Assembly: GCA_963677925.2 (NCBI GenBank)
Contig: CAXXYH010000004.1
Span: forward strand, 1,152,001 to 1,216,000
Direction of reading: 5' to 3'
Source of the DNA: Spirochaetia bacterium
GTDB lineage: Bacteria; Spirochaetota; Spirochaetia; UBA9216
DNA: 64,000 nt
Every line of letters begins with the position of its first letter. Position 1 is the first letter of the stretch. A program made the translations under genes and the position numbers. Shown here in pieces: positions 1-8,175 of this stretch. The notes under the pieces are model-generated. The model had not been told where the DNA came from, ran no database searches, and worked only from the letters and a program-made list of their open reading frames with translations.

Positions 1-75
1 GCATCGTCGCTATACGCTCCTCGGGCGCGCCACATACGGCTTCGCCGTACGTCACATAACCCCGGGACGTTAGAC
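1..75 (+). repeat. attC site 0 (family A, left-truncated)
   Basis: ...CCACATACGGCTTCGCCGTACGTCACATAACCCCGGGAC-GTTAGAC (core 69-75); near-identical to 792-882. Confidence 0.9.
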
Positions 76-128
76 GAAATCACGAACCTAAGAGAAAGAG
101 GATGCTTGCCATCCTTGGCAAGCAAAGA

Positions 129-161
129 TTGACAAATTTATGTAATTACTATATAATTACA
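129..161 (+). promoter_or_regulatory. sigma70 promoter with palindromic TA operator (mazEF cassette)
   Basis: TTGACA(129-134)-N17-TATAAT(152-157); TGTAATTA-ctata-TAATTACA palindrome 141-161. Confidence 0.85.
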
Positions 162-176
162 ATAAAGAGGTGTATT

Positions 177-425
177 ATGTTAGTTTCAGTGGTTCCTATA
201 GGCAATTCAAAAGGAATACGAATTCCGAAGAGCATTTTGCAACAGTTAAATATTGAAGAAAAAGTTGAATTAGAAGTGCATAATACAGAAATACTGATTA
301 GACCAATAAAGAAAAAGCCAAGGGAAGGATGGTCCGAAGAGTTTATGAAGATGCATCAAAATGGGGATGATTCATTACTTTTAGACAATTTGACTGAACA
401 GGGTGATTTTGAATGGGAATGGTAA
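177..425 (+). CDS. mazE: AbrB/MazE family antitoxin
   Basis: IGNSKGIRIPK AbrB motif; C-terminal EWEW typical of PemI/MazE; start moved to ATG 177 after GAGG. Confidence 0.88.
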   Translation: MLVSVVPIGNSKGIRIPKSILQQLNIEEKVELEVHNTEILIRPIKKKPREGWSEEFMKMHQNGDDSLLLDNLTEQGDFEWEW

Positions 426-742
426 TTCATCAATATGAGGTATATTTAATAAACTTAGATCCAACAGTTGGCCATGAAATAAAAAAGACAAGACCTTGTT
501 TAGTGATTTCACCAAATGAAATGAATGAAACAATCCAGACTATTATTATCGCTCCAATGACAACAAAATCACATACATATCCTACTCGTGTAGCTGTTAA
601 GTTTCAAAATAAAGATGGATGGATTGTTTTAGATCAATTAAGAACTGTTGATAGGAAGAGATTAATTAAAAAGATTGGTAAAATAAATAGAAAAGAAGTA
701 GATCTCGTCAAGAATGTGCTACAGGAAATGTTAATAGATTAA
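413..742 (+). CDS. mazF: PemK/MazF family endoribonuclease toxin
   Basis: LDPTVGHEIKKTRPCLVIS and DQLRTVDRKRL motifs; overlaps the antitoxin (start may be 419). Confidence 0.92.
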   Translation: MGMVIHQYEVYLINLDPTVGHEIKKTRPCLVISPNEMNETIQTIIIAPMTTKSHTYPTRVAVKFQNKDGWIVLDQLRTVDRKRLIKKIGKINRKEVDLVKNVLQEMLID

Positions 743-791
743 AGCCAAACAACATCCATGTTGCTTGGCTTTGAAGAAGGTTCGTGACATC

Positions 792-882
792 GTCTAACAA
801 GGGTTATTCGCTCGTCACTACGCTCCTCGGGCTGCGCCACATACGGCTTCGCCGTACGTCACATAACCCCGGAACGTTATCC
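792..882 (+). repeat. attC site 1 (family A)
   Basis: GTCTAAC(792-798)...GTTATCC(876-882); inner AGGGTTAT/ATAACCCC boxes. Confidence 0.92.
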
Positions 883-938
883 GAAATATTGTGGCTTGAA
901 GAAACTCGCCTTCCTTGGCTCGTTAGAAAGAATTAAGA

Positions 939-972
939 TTGATAAAAATTAAAAAGTGTTGTACAATGTACA
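939..972 (+). promoter_or_regulatory. sigma70 promoter with tandem TGTACA operator (vapC-phd cassette)
   Basis: TTGATA(939-944)-N17-TACAAT(962-967); TGTACA at 960-965 and 967-972, the known YefM/Axe-type operator core. Confidence 0.75.
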
Positions 973-973
973 T

Positions 974-1366
974 ATGAGCATATTGGTAGATGCAAACATA
1001 TATTTAGCAGTAATTCTCGATGAGCCGGAAAAAAGCAAAATTATTGGATTAACTCAGGAAGATGATCTGATATCACCGGTTGTTTTACCTTTCGAAGTGG
1101 GAAACGCTCTATCTGCAATGTATAAAAGAAATAGATTAGATAAAAGTCAAATAATTGATTGTTATTCAATATTTCAGAAAATACCAGTGCGTTTGATTGA
1201 TGTTAATATTCAAAACTCATTAGTAATAGCAGCAGATTATGGAATATATGCCTACGATGCGTATTATTTGGAGATAGCAAAACGATACAAATGCAGTTTG
1301 TTGAGTTTGGATAATAGAATGAAAGAAGTGGCTAATGATTTAGGAGTTCACTTATTGGAGGTCTGA
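974..1366 (+). CDS. vapC: PIN-domain VapC toxin (upstream of its antitoxin)
   Basis: ILVDAN, EVGNAL, YAYDAYYL and LSLD PIN motifs; ATG 974 preferred. Confidence 0.88.
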   Translation: MSILVDANIYLAVILDEPEKSKIIGLTQEDDLISPVVLPFEVGNALSAMYKRNRLDKSQIIDCYSIFQKIPVRLIDVNIQNSLVIAADYGIYAYDAYYLEIAKRYKCSLLSLDNRMKEVANDLGVHLLEV

Positions 1367-1591
1367 ATGAGAGTTTTTAATTATTCAGAAGCAAGGCAGA
1401 ATTTCGCTTCAATATTGAATATGGCAGCAGAAGAAGATGTCATAATAGCAAAGAAGGATGGAAGCAGATTTAAGATTGTACCGCTTACTAAAAATGAAAG
1501 CAAATCACCATTTGATGTTCCAGGAATTAAAAGTAAAGTTACAACCAAAGAAATTCTTGATGTAATTAGAGAAACTCGAGAGTTATCGTAG
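1367..1591 (+). CDS. Phd/YefM family antitoxin
   Basis: YSEARQNFASIL...DVII N-terminal Phd motif; GGAGG RBS. Confidence 0.85.
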   Translation: MRVFNYSEARQNFASILNMAAEEDVIIAKKDGSRFKIVPLTKNESKSPFDVPGIKSKVTTKEILDVIRETRELS

Positions 1592-1643
1592 AGAAGAAAG
1601 CCGTAATTACGTCCTGTAATTACGGCTTAAGCCACAATACTTC

Positions 1644-1725
1644 AGATAACAAGGGTTACACGCTCCGGCCATTCGGCCTACGCCCAAATTGCTGCGCAAC
1701 TTCGCTTAACCCTGGAACGTTAGCT
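1644..1725 (+). repeat. attC site 2 (hybrid A/B)
   Basis: AGATAAC(1644-1650)...GTTAGCT(1719-1725); AGGGTTA/TAACCCT boxes. Confidence 0.88.
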
Positions 1726-1799
1726 GAAATGCAACCGCTAAGAGAAAGACGCCCGGACCTCCGGTCGACGGGCGATCATGAAGAGAAAGAATATAAAAA

Positions 1800-1828
1800 T
1801 TGACATGATATATATCAAGGTATATACT
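1800..1828 (+). promoter_or_regulatory. sigma70 promoter with VapBC-type palindromic operators
   Basis: TTGACA(1800-1805)-N17-TATACT(1823-1828); TGATATATATCA 1806-1817 and GTATATAC 1820-1827. Confidence 0.8.
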
Positions 1829-1846
1829 TAAAATAGAGGTGGGTAT

Positions 1847-2077
1847 ATGCAAACGGCAAAAATTTTTCAAAATGGAAGATCTCAAGCTATTAGGATACCG
1901 AAAGAATATCAGTTTAAAGGTGATGAAGTATACATTCAAAAGCATGGCGATGCTGTACTGTTGATTCCGCATGAAAAAGCTTGGGAAGTCTTTATGGAAG
2001 GCATAAATGAGTTCACAGAAGATTTTATGAAAGATGGAAGAGAACAAGGCGAAGTACAAGAGAGAGAAGCATTTTAA
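1847..2077 (+). CDS. vapB: VapB antitoxin (AbrB-type)
   Basis: TAKIFQNGRSQAIRIPKEY signature. Confidence 0.92.
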   Translation: MQTAKIFQNGRSQAIRIPKEYQFKGDEVYIQKHGDAVLLIPHEKAWEVFMEGINEFTEDFMKDGREQGEVQEREAF

Positions 2078-2475
2078 TGTATTTACTTGATACTAATATT
2101 TGTATATTCGCGATTAAACGTAAGCCTTCAAAAGTATTTGAATTAATAAAAGAAAGATCTAAAGAAGGAATATATATTTCATCATTAACAGTAGCAGAGT
2201 TGGAATTTGGTGTTCAAAATAGTGAACGAGAAGAGCAAAACAGAATAGCTCTTCTAAAATTTCTTTCTGTATTCAATATTTTAAATTTTGATGATTCAGA
2301 CGCAATAGATTATGGGAGGATGAAAGTAGATTTAAGAAAGAATGGTAATGTAATTGGACCAATTGATATGTTATTGGCTGCGCAAGCTTTGAATAAAGAT
2401 ATGATATTTGTAACCAATAATGTAAAAGAATTTGAAAGAGTAAAAGGTTTAAGAATAGAAGATTGGAGTGTTTAG
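2077..2475 (+). CDS. vapC: VapC PIN toxin
   Basis: YLLDTNICI, IGPIDMLLAAQA and VTNNVKEFERV; TAATG coupling to vapB. Confidence 0.93.
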   Translation: MYLLDTNICIFAIKRKPSKVFELIKERSKEGIYISSLTVAELEFGVQNSEREEQNRIALLKFLSVFNILNFDDSDAIDYGRMKVDLRKNGNVIGPIDMLLAAQALNKDMIFVTNNVKEFERVKGLRIEDWSV

Positions 2476-2529
2476 AAGAATCCAGCCCTAACTCCGTCGA
2501 ACGGTCTGGATGAGGAGCGGTGGCACTAC

Positions 2530-2623
2530 AGCTAACAGGGACTATGTGCTCGTCGCTTTATGCTCCTCGGCCTTCGCCACATACGGCTTACGCCGTACGT
2601 CACATAACCCCGGGACGTTATGT
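2530..2623 (+). repeat. attC site 3 (family A)
   Basis: AGCTAAC(2530-2536)...GTTATGT(2617-2623). Confidence 0.92.
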
Positions 2624-2686
2624 TCAATGCCCGGCTTAAGAGCTTAATAGTCCTCGGCAATCCGTGGCCTCGGGAAGGAAGAAGAA

Positions 2687-3676
2687 ATGAAAAGTAATGC
2701 AGAAAAAACAATACAATCTCTTAGAAAGATTAATGATTTCCCTTTTTATATCGCAAAATATTATGGTGACTATAAAATTACTGAATATAAGAATGGAGCG
2801 ATAAAAAGTCCAAATGATATAGTTCCTTTTTTTAAAAATCTTTTTTCAGAATTAGGACAACCAACAGAGTTAAGTTTTCCAAAGCCTCCTGAAATCAATT
2901 TAGGTTGTAGTGCTTTTTTCTGCCGCGATAAAAAAAACTCTGCTATCATTGGTAAAAACAATGACTGGAAAAGAGATCCAATTCTTTTACTCAAGACAAC
3001 ACCAGATGAAGGCTATACATCATTTTCTATGGTTAATTTGAGTTTCTGTGATTTATTTCAATTAGGTTCTTTTGATCACAATCTATTATTATCACCTTAT
3101 GTTCCACTCGATGGTATGAATGAGATTGGGCTTGTTGTAACAACATTGGCTGTTCATGAAGGTTCAGAATATCCGCTAAAATCAAATCATTTATCAGTTG
3201 GTGATTTTAATTTAGTAAGAATTATCCTTGATACATGTGCCAATATAGATGAAGCAATCGTTATAATTGATCAGTATAATATAATGCAAACAGGTCCGCT
3301 TCCAATACATCTTCTTATCGCTGATAAAAGTGACTCTTGTATAGTTGAATTCTTTGATGGAAAGAAACATATAAAAAGAGATCAAGATTTAAACTACTTA
3401 ACAAATTTTCTTAAACTGAAAACTTCTGATTATGAGAATCAAAGGAATCTTTGTAATCGGTATCAGACTATAGAAAGACGGTTTAAGCAAGATAAAATTA
3501 TCATTAAAATTCATGAAGCAAAGAAAATTTTTTCAGAAGTATCAGTTTGTACTGGAAATTTTCAAATTCCAAGTACCATCTATTCAACAATATATTGTCC
3601 GAATGATTTAAGTCTGAAAATAAAGATAGGTGATGAATCAAAATATTACTCGTTATCGCTACAGGAGAGTAAATGA
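2687..3676 (+). CDS. Ntn-hydrolase (linear amide C-N hydrolase / C45-like)
   Basis: Internal nucleophile motif GCSAF, GKNNDW, PLDGMNEIGL, HLLIAD, LTNF. Confidence 0.8.
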   Translation: MKSNAEKTIQSLRKINDFPFYIAKYYGDYKITEYKNGAIKSPNDIVPFFKNLFSELGQPTELSFPKPPEINLGCSAFFCRDKKNSAIIGKNNDWKRDPILLLKTTPDEGYTSFSMVNLSFCDLFQLGSFDHNLLLSPYVPLDGMNEIGLVVTTLAVHEGSEYPLKSNHLSVGDFNLVRIILDTCANIDEAIVIIDQYNIMQTGPLPIHLLIADKSDSCIVEFFDGKKHIKRDQDLNYLTNFLKLKTSDYENQRNLCNRYQTIERRFKQDKIIIKIHEAKKIFSEVSVCTGNFQIPSTIYSTIYCPNDLSLKIKIGDESKYYSLSLQESK

Positions 3677-4239
3677 CAGATATTGAAATCCTGGGGCTAA
3701 ATAATAGCTTCTCTTTTGAAGAATTAAAGAGAGCTTTCAGACAAAAATCAAAACAATTTCATCCTGATAAAAATCAGGATAACTTGAATAGCCATCTTGC
3801 GATGATTCAATTGAATCAAGCATATTCAAATCTTCAGAAGAAAATCAAAGAAAAGCCTGTTTTGAATAATCGGGACCTATCCATAGATACTGCATATTCA
3901 ATATATAAAGATGGAATCTCAAAGTTTCAGAGTATCCATCCTTCCAAATGGAAATCATATTCTATCGATGGACTTTTTGATCCAAGTGCAATTAACACTC
4001 ATTCTGAAACACCTTTAATTTTACAATCTTTAATAACACTGATGGCAGAAGCTTATCATCGTTTTTCAACTGTAGTGAACGAACATGAAAATAGTTCTTG
4101 GTATTCAGATTCAATAACGAAAATGAAAGAAATTGAGAAAATGACACAACGGTATATCAAGATAAAGGAATCATATGAAATAGAAATGAATGATAGAAAG
4201 CGGATCAGAAAATCTGTCCATGGACTTTCTGAAAATTGA
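3673..4239 (+). CDS. J-domain (DnaJ-like) protein
   Basis: ILGL...ELKRAFRQKSKQFHPDKN...LNQAY J-domain with HPD; ATGA overlap with the upstream gene. Confidence 0.85.
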   Translation: MTDIEILGLNNSFSFEELKRAFRQKSKQFHPDKNQDNLNSHLAMIQLNQAYSNLQKKIKEKPVLNNRDLSIDTAYSIYKDGISKFQSIHPSKWKSYSIDGLFDPSAINTHSETPLILQSLITLMAEAYHRFSTVVNEHENSSWYSDSITKMKEIEKMTQRYIKIKESYEIEMNDRKRIRKSVHGLSEN

Positions 4240-4261
4240 AACCAAACCTGCCGGGCAATAA

Positions 4262-4408
4262 ACATAACAGCGAATATGCGGTTGCGCTTCGCTCCACCCA
4301 AATTGCTTCTTTGATAAAATCTGAAAAAAGTATGTTATACTTTTTCCAGATTTTATCAAGCCCCGCAAGGGGGCTGAAGCAACTTCGCATATTCGCGAAA
4401 CGTTATAT
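4262..4408 (+). repeat. attC site 4 (family B, long, 147 bp)
   Basis: ACATAAC(4262-4268) GCGAATATGCG...CGCATATTCGC GTTATAT(4402-4408). Confidence 0.88.
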
Positions 4409-4557
4409 GATATAATTGAGCAGGCGGCAAATAGACACTCGCCGTCCTGGCTTGTGTGTAAGAGAATATAAATGATTTAACAATTAATAAATGATTAAAA
4501 ATTTCAAATAGAATATAAAATCATTTAGGTTTATTTTTAGGAGAAGAAAGAAGAAGA

Positions 4558-5043
4558 ATGAAAAAATATCATTTAAATAATCGTCCAAACCGTGAATTAA
4601 CAAATGAGATTGATATTACAGCAATTTTAGAAAGTGGGAAATATGCTGTAATTGCTATGTGTCGTGATAATGAACCATATATTGTTACTTTAAGTTATGG
4701 TTATGATTCATTAAAAAAATGTTTATATTTTCATTGTTCACCTATTGGGCTAAAGCTCGATTTTATAAAATATAATGCGAAAGTTTGTGCGACAGTAATT
4801 GAAGATGGTGGATATATAGTTGATGAATGTGGTCATAATTATAGAACAGCAGTTTTCTGGGGTAATATAAATATAGTTTTAGATTTAGATGAAAAAAAGC
4901 ATGGAATGAAAATGATACTAAATCATCTTGAGGAAAATCCATCAATAATTAAGGATAAGTTATTAAAGTCAGGCGACTTTTATTCAAAGATGGAAATATT
5001 AAGGCTTGATATTTCTCAGATTCATGGGAAAGCAGGAAGATGA
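4558..5043 (+). CDS. Pyridoxamine 5'-phosphate oxidase-like / NimA-like flavin-binding protein
   Basis: EPYIVTLSYGY, LYFHC...GLKLD, YRTAVFWG motifs. Confidence 0.8.
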   Translation: MKKYHLNNRPNRELTNEIDITAILESGKYAVIAMCRDNEPYIVTLSYGYDSLKKCLYFHCSPIGLKLDFIKYNAKVCATVIEDGGYIVDECGHNYRTAVFWGNINIVLDLDEKKHGMKMILNHLEENPSIIKDKLLKSGDFYSKMEILRLDISQIHGKAGR

Positions 5044-5116
5044 TTTTAAGAGAAGTCGAAAGGCCCAAAAAACGTCCATATATTTGGGGGGGTAAATGAT
5101 AGTGCTCAAGTACGTC

Positions 5117-5211
5117 ATATAACAGGGGCTATGTGCTTCATCGCTGTGCGCTCCTCGGGCTGCGCCACATACGGCTTGCGCCGTACGTCACATATCCCCG
5201 TGAAGTTAGAT
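5117..5211 (+). repeat. attC site 5 (family A)
   Basis: ATATAAC(5117-5123)...GTTAGAT(5205-5211). Confidence 0.9.
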
Positions 5212-5229
5212 TCAATATGTCAATAAACA

Positions 5230-5880
5230 ATGAAAAAGGAGATTCCTATGACACAATTTGGTAAACCAACAGGGAAAATGGGCAAAATACTGGCAAAAGG
5301 ATTTGCTTTTGGTCATAAGGATTTTTATAAGAACACAGCATTCATTGCTGGATTAACAGAATCTGATGAATTGCTGGAAATCGGGTTTGGTTCCGGAATG
5401 TTTATTAATAAATATGCAAAGCATATAAAACATATTGCCGGATTAGATATTTCACCGGATATGGTTGAATTAGCAAAAGAGATTAACAGTAAATTGCTTG
5501 ATGAAAAAAAGCTAGAACTTATAGAAGGAAACATTTTATCATTACCTTGGAATGATAATTCTTTTTCAGTCATCATTAGTATAGAATCATTTTTCTTTTG
5601 GGAAAATGTCGAAAAAGCCGTGTTAGAAATTTATCGTGTTCTAAAACCGGGAGGAAGGATTGTTATAGAAATGGCATTTAATTTGGAAGACGGTCAAGAT
5701 CATACAAAAGATATAAAGAAAATTGGATTTCAACTTTATGAGGAGAAGAATATCCGGAATCTTTTGAACGAATCAGGTTTTATTGATGTTTCTTTCAATT
5801 ATTATAAAGCATTTTGGATTCCTATTAAGGGATATATTGTCACAAAAGGTATGATCTTTAAGGCTTGTAAGCCCCATTGA
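5230..5880 (+). CDS. Class I SAM-dependent methyltransferase
   Basis: LLEIGFGSG, GLDIS, RVLKPGG; start may be 5248. Confidence 0.88.
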   Translation: MKKEIPMTQFGKPTGKMGKILAKGFAFGHKDFYKNTAFIAGLTESDELLEIGFGSGMFINKYAKHIKHIAGLDISPDMVELAKEINSKLLDEKKLELIEGNILSLPWNDNSFSVIISIESFFFWENVEKAVLEIYRVLKPGGRIVIEMAFNLEDGQDHTKDIKKIGFQLYEEKNIRNLLNESGFIDVSFNYYKAFWIPIKGYIVTKGMIFKACKPH

Positions 5881-5888
5881 CATACTAC

Positions 5889-5967
5889 AGCTAACAGGGG
5901 CTATACGCTCCTCGGGCTGCGCCACATTCGGCTGCGCCGAACGGCACATAATCCCGAAACGTTATGT
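5889..5967 (+). repeat. attC site 6 (family A, short)
   Basis: AGCTAAC(5889-5895)...GTTATGT(5961-5967). Confidence 0.88.
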
Positions 5968-5995
5968 GTCATCTGTTGAAATATCTGGAGGTATG

Positions 5996-6472
5996 ATGAA
6001 TATAAATAAGGGAGTTGAATTAAGAAAAGAAGGCAAACTAATAGAATCAAATAACTTCTTTATAAAACTTGCAATTGAATACCCTAATGATGCCATAGTT
6101 CAGTATCAATGTGCATGGAGCTTTGATGTTTTAGAGAAAGAGACAGAAGCGATCTATTATTATGAGAAAGCAATAGAACTTGGTCTGCAAGATAATGATC
6201 TGAAAGAAGCATTGCTAGGTTTGGGTAGTACTTACCGGTCAATTGGTGAATATGAGAAATCAAAACAGACATTTGAGAAGGGAATCTCATTATTCAATGA
6301 TAATTCCTTAAAGGTTTTTTATGCGATGACCTTATACAATTATGGAGAATATTCCAGGTCTATGGATTTATTACTCAATATTATTGCGAACACAACCCAA
6401 GATAAATCTATATTAACATATAAAAAGGCAATAAAGTTTTATTCAGGGAGATTGGATGAGGTATTTAACTAA
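5996..6472 (+). CDS. Tetratricopeptide repeat protein
   Basis: EAIYYYEKAI, ALLGLGSTYRSIGEYEKS; start after GGAGG (5993/5996). Confidence 0.85.
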   Translation: MNINKGVELRKEGKLIESNNFFIKLAIEYPNDAIVQYQCAWSFDVLEKETEAIYYYEKAIELGLQDNDLKEALLGLGSTYRSIGEYEKSKQTFEKGISLFNDNSLKVFYAMTLYNYGEYSRSMDLLLNIIANTTQDKSILTYKKAIKFYSGRLDEVFN

Positions 6473-6484
6473 GGAAAGAATGAC

Positions 6485-6560
6485 ACATAACAGCGAATAT
6501 ACGGTTCCGCTTTGATTCACCCAAACTGGCCGTTGACCAGCTTCGCATATTCGCGGGATG
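6485..6560 (+). repeat. attC site 7 (family B), GTT core site deleted
   Basis: ACATAAC GCGAATAT...CATATTCGCGGGA is followed directly by TGGCAATAAGCAC, with no GTT. Confidence 0.8.
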
Positions 6561-6629
6561 GCAATAAGCACTATATTTATTGAGAAAAGCTGAATCTGCC
6601 ATCCATGGCAGATAAAAGGATTTAAATGC

Positions 6630-7454
6630 ATGATTTATGAATTGGACAAAGCAGATTATTATAGGGCCGAGAATCTTTTTACCAAGTTGAAAACAAACAC
6701 AGCAATTGAGTCAATTTTTAACCATAAAAACGAAGCTCGTCTGTTTGTTGATAATCCAAGTAAACCGAAAAGCATCTTCATTCTTAATTCATGGGCTTAC
6801 TACTATCTGGCTGGTGAATCCGAAAATGAAAAATTTAATTCTTCATTAGTTAAGTTTCTTGAAAATGATTTTTTTCCAGAATGTCTCAAAACAAATTCTA
6901 ATACAGTTTTCGCATTTTATCCCGATAGTAACCAGTGGTGTAAAAAATCTGAAGAAATATTTTCTCATTTGAATATTGAAAAATCGGGAAAAACCTATTT
7001 TAACTATGATGAAAAACGTTTCAATAAAAACTGGAGAGAAAATATTCCTGAAGGTTTCAGTGTAAAAAGAATCAGCTCGGAAATTATTAATTCAATTGAA
7101 AATAATGAAGAATTTGTAAATTACATAAAATTTGCCTGGACAACAACTGATCAGTATTTTGACAAAGGATTGGGATACTGTGCTATTGATGCAAATGATT
7201 TTGCAACAATTTGTATTTCTGTTTTTGCTTCTGAAAATGAGCGAGAAGTGGGGATTAAAACATTTCCTGACTTTCAAAGAAAGGGATTGGCATATGTTAC
7301 AGCCTGTGCCTATATTGAAGAATGTTTAAAAAATAATTTTGTTCCTGTCTGGTCATGTTTTAGCGAAAATAAAGTATCAATAAGATTAGCAGAAAAACTT
7401 GGCTACAAAATCGAAGCCTCGCATCCGATTTATTTTGCGAAGATTGGTGATTGA
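6630..7454 (+). CDS. GNAT family N-acetyltransferase
   Basis: EVGIKTFPDFQRKGLA and NKVSIRLAEKLGY. Confidence 0.88.
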   Translation: MIYELDKADYYRAENLFTKLKTNTAIESIFNHKNEARLFVDNPSKPKSIFILNSWAYYYLAGESENEKFNSSLVKFLENDFFPECLKTNSNTVFAFYPDSNQWCKKSEEIFSHLNIEKSGKTYFNYDEKRFNKNWRENIPEGFSVKRISSEIINSIENNEEFVNYIKFAWTTTDQYFDKGLGYCAIDANDFATICISVFASENEREVGIKTFPDFQRKGLAYVTACAYIEECLKNNFVPVWSCFSENKVSIRLAEKLGYKIEASHPIYFAKIGD

Positions 7455-7514
7455 AGAAAACGTATCGCTGGGCATCCATGCCTCTCTACAGGCTTGCATT
7501 CCTGTGCTTGCTGC

Positions 7515-7663
7515 CTATAACAGAGAATATACACTGCGGCTCGCCTTGGCATTCTGCAAATCGCCTTTGACAAATACCTGATGAAATGTGATACAATTTC
7601 CCATATATTTATTACCCCTATAGGGGTGCCAGGCGACTTTCGTATATTCGAGGAACGTTAGGC
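7515..7663 (+). repeat. attC site 8 (family B, long, 149 bp)
   Basis: CTATAAC(7515-7521) GAATATAC...GTATATTC GTTAGGC(7657-7663). Confidence 0.85.
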
Positions 7664-7682
7664 CATAATTTATGGAGAAAAA

Positions 7683-8141
7683 ATGGATGTACATATAAGT
7701 AAATTAAACTCCAATACGGATGTTCCTATGGATTTATTGCTACTTGCCGATCCATCGGAAGAATTAGTTAAAAGTTATCTTAAAAAGGGAACATGCTATA
7801 TCGCTGAATTTGATGAAGAAACAGTTGGCGTTATTCTTATTGTGGAGACAAAACCACATACTGTTGAAGTTATGAATCTTGCGGTTAAAGAAGAACTGCA
7901 TAATAACGGTATAGGCAAAAAACTCCTCTTGCACGTTATTGAAGAAATAAAAAAAAGTGATACAAAAACAATTGAAATCGGAACTGGAAATCCCGGAGTA
8001 GTACAAATGTTATTGTATCAAAAGTGTGGTTTCCGTATCGTAGGGATAGATTTTGATTTTTTTAGAAGGACGCATCCTGAACCGATATATGAGAATGGAA
8101 TAGAATGCCGTGATATGATAAGAATGAGAATTGAGTTATAG
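7683..8141 (+). CDS. GNAT family N-acetyltransferase
   Basis: LLLLADPS, NLAVKEELHNNGIGKKL, LYQKCGFRI. Confidence 0.9.
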   Translation: MDVHISKLNSNTDVPMDLLLLADPSEELVKSYLKKGTCYIAEFDEETVGVILIVETKPHTVEVMNLAVKEELHNNGIGKKLLLHVIEEIKKSDTKTIEIGTGNPGVVQMLLYQKCGFRIVGIDFDFFRRTHPEPIYENGIECRDMIRMRIEL

Positions 8142-8175
8142 TATGGAGGGTCTTAACGGTTTTATCCATAAACAG

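Noticed and set aside
102-176. N-terminal extension of the MazE ORF in the ORF track
   Set aside because: It overlaps the hairpin and a consensus promoter. The RBS supports ATG 177.
4056-4390. Minus-strand ORFs across attC4, and similar ones at 1706-2059, 6443-6631 and 8062-8337, plus the plus-strand ORF 7399-7581
   Set aside because: They are shadow frames through palindromic attC sequence or real genes, with no RBS or protein motifs.
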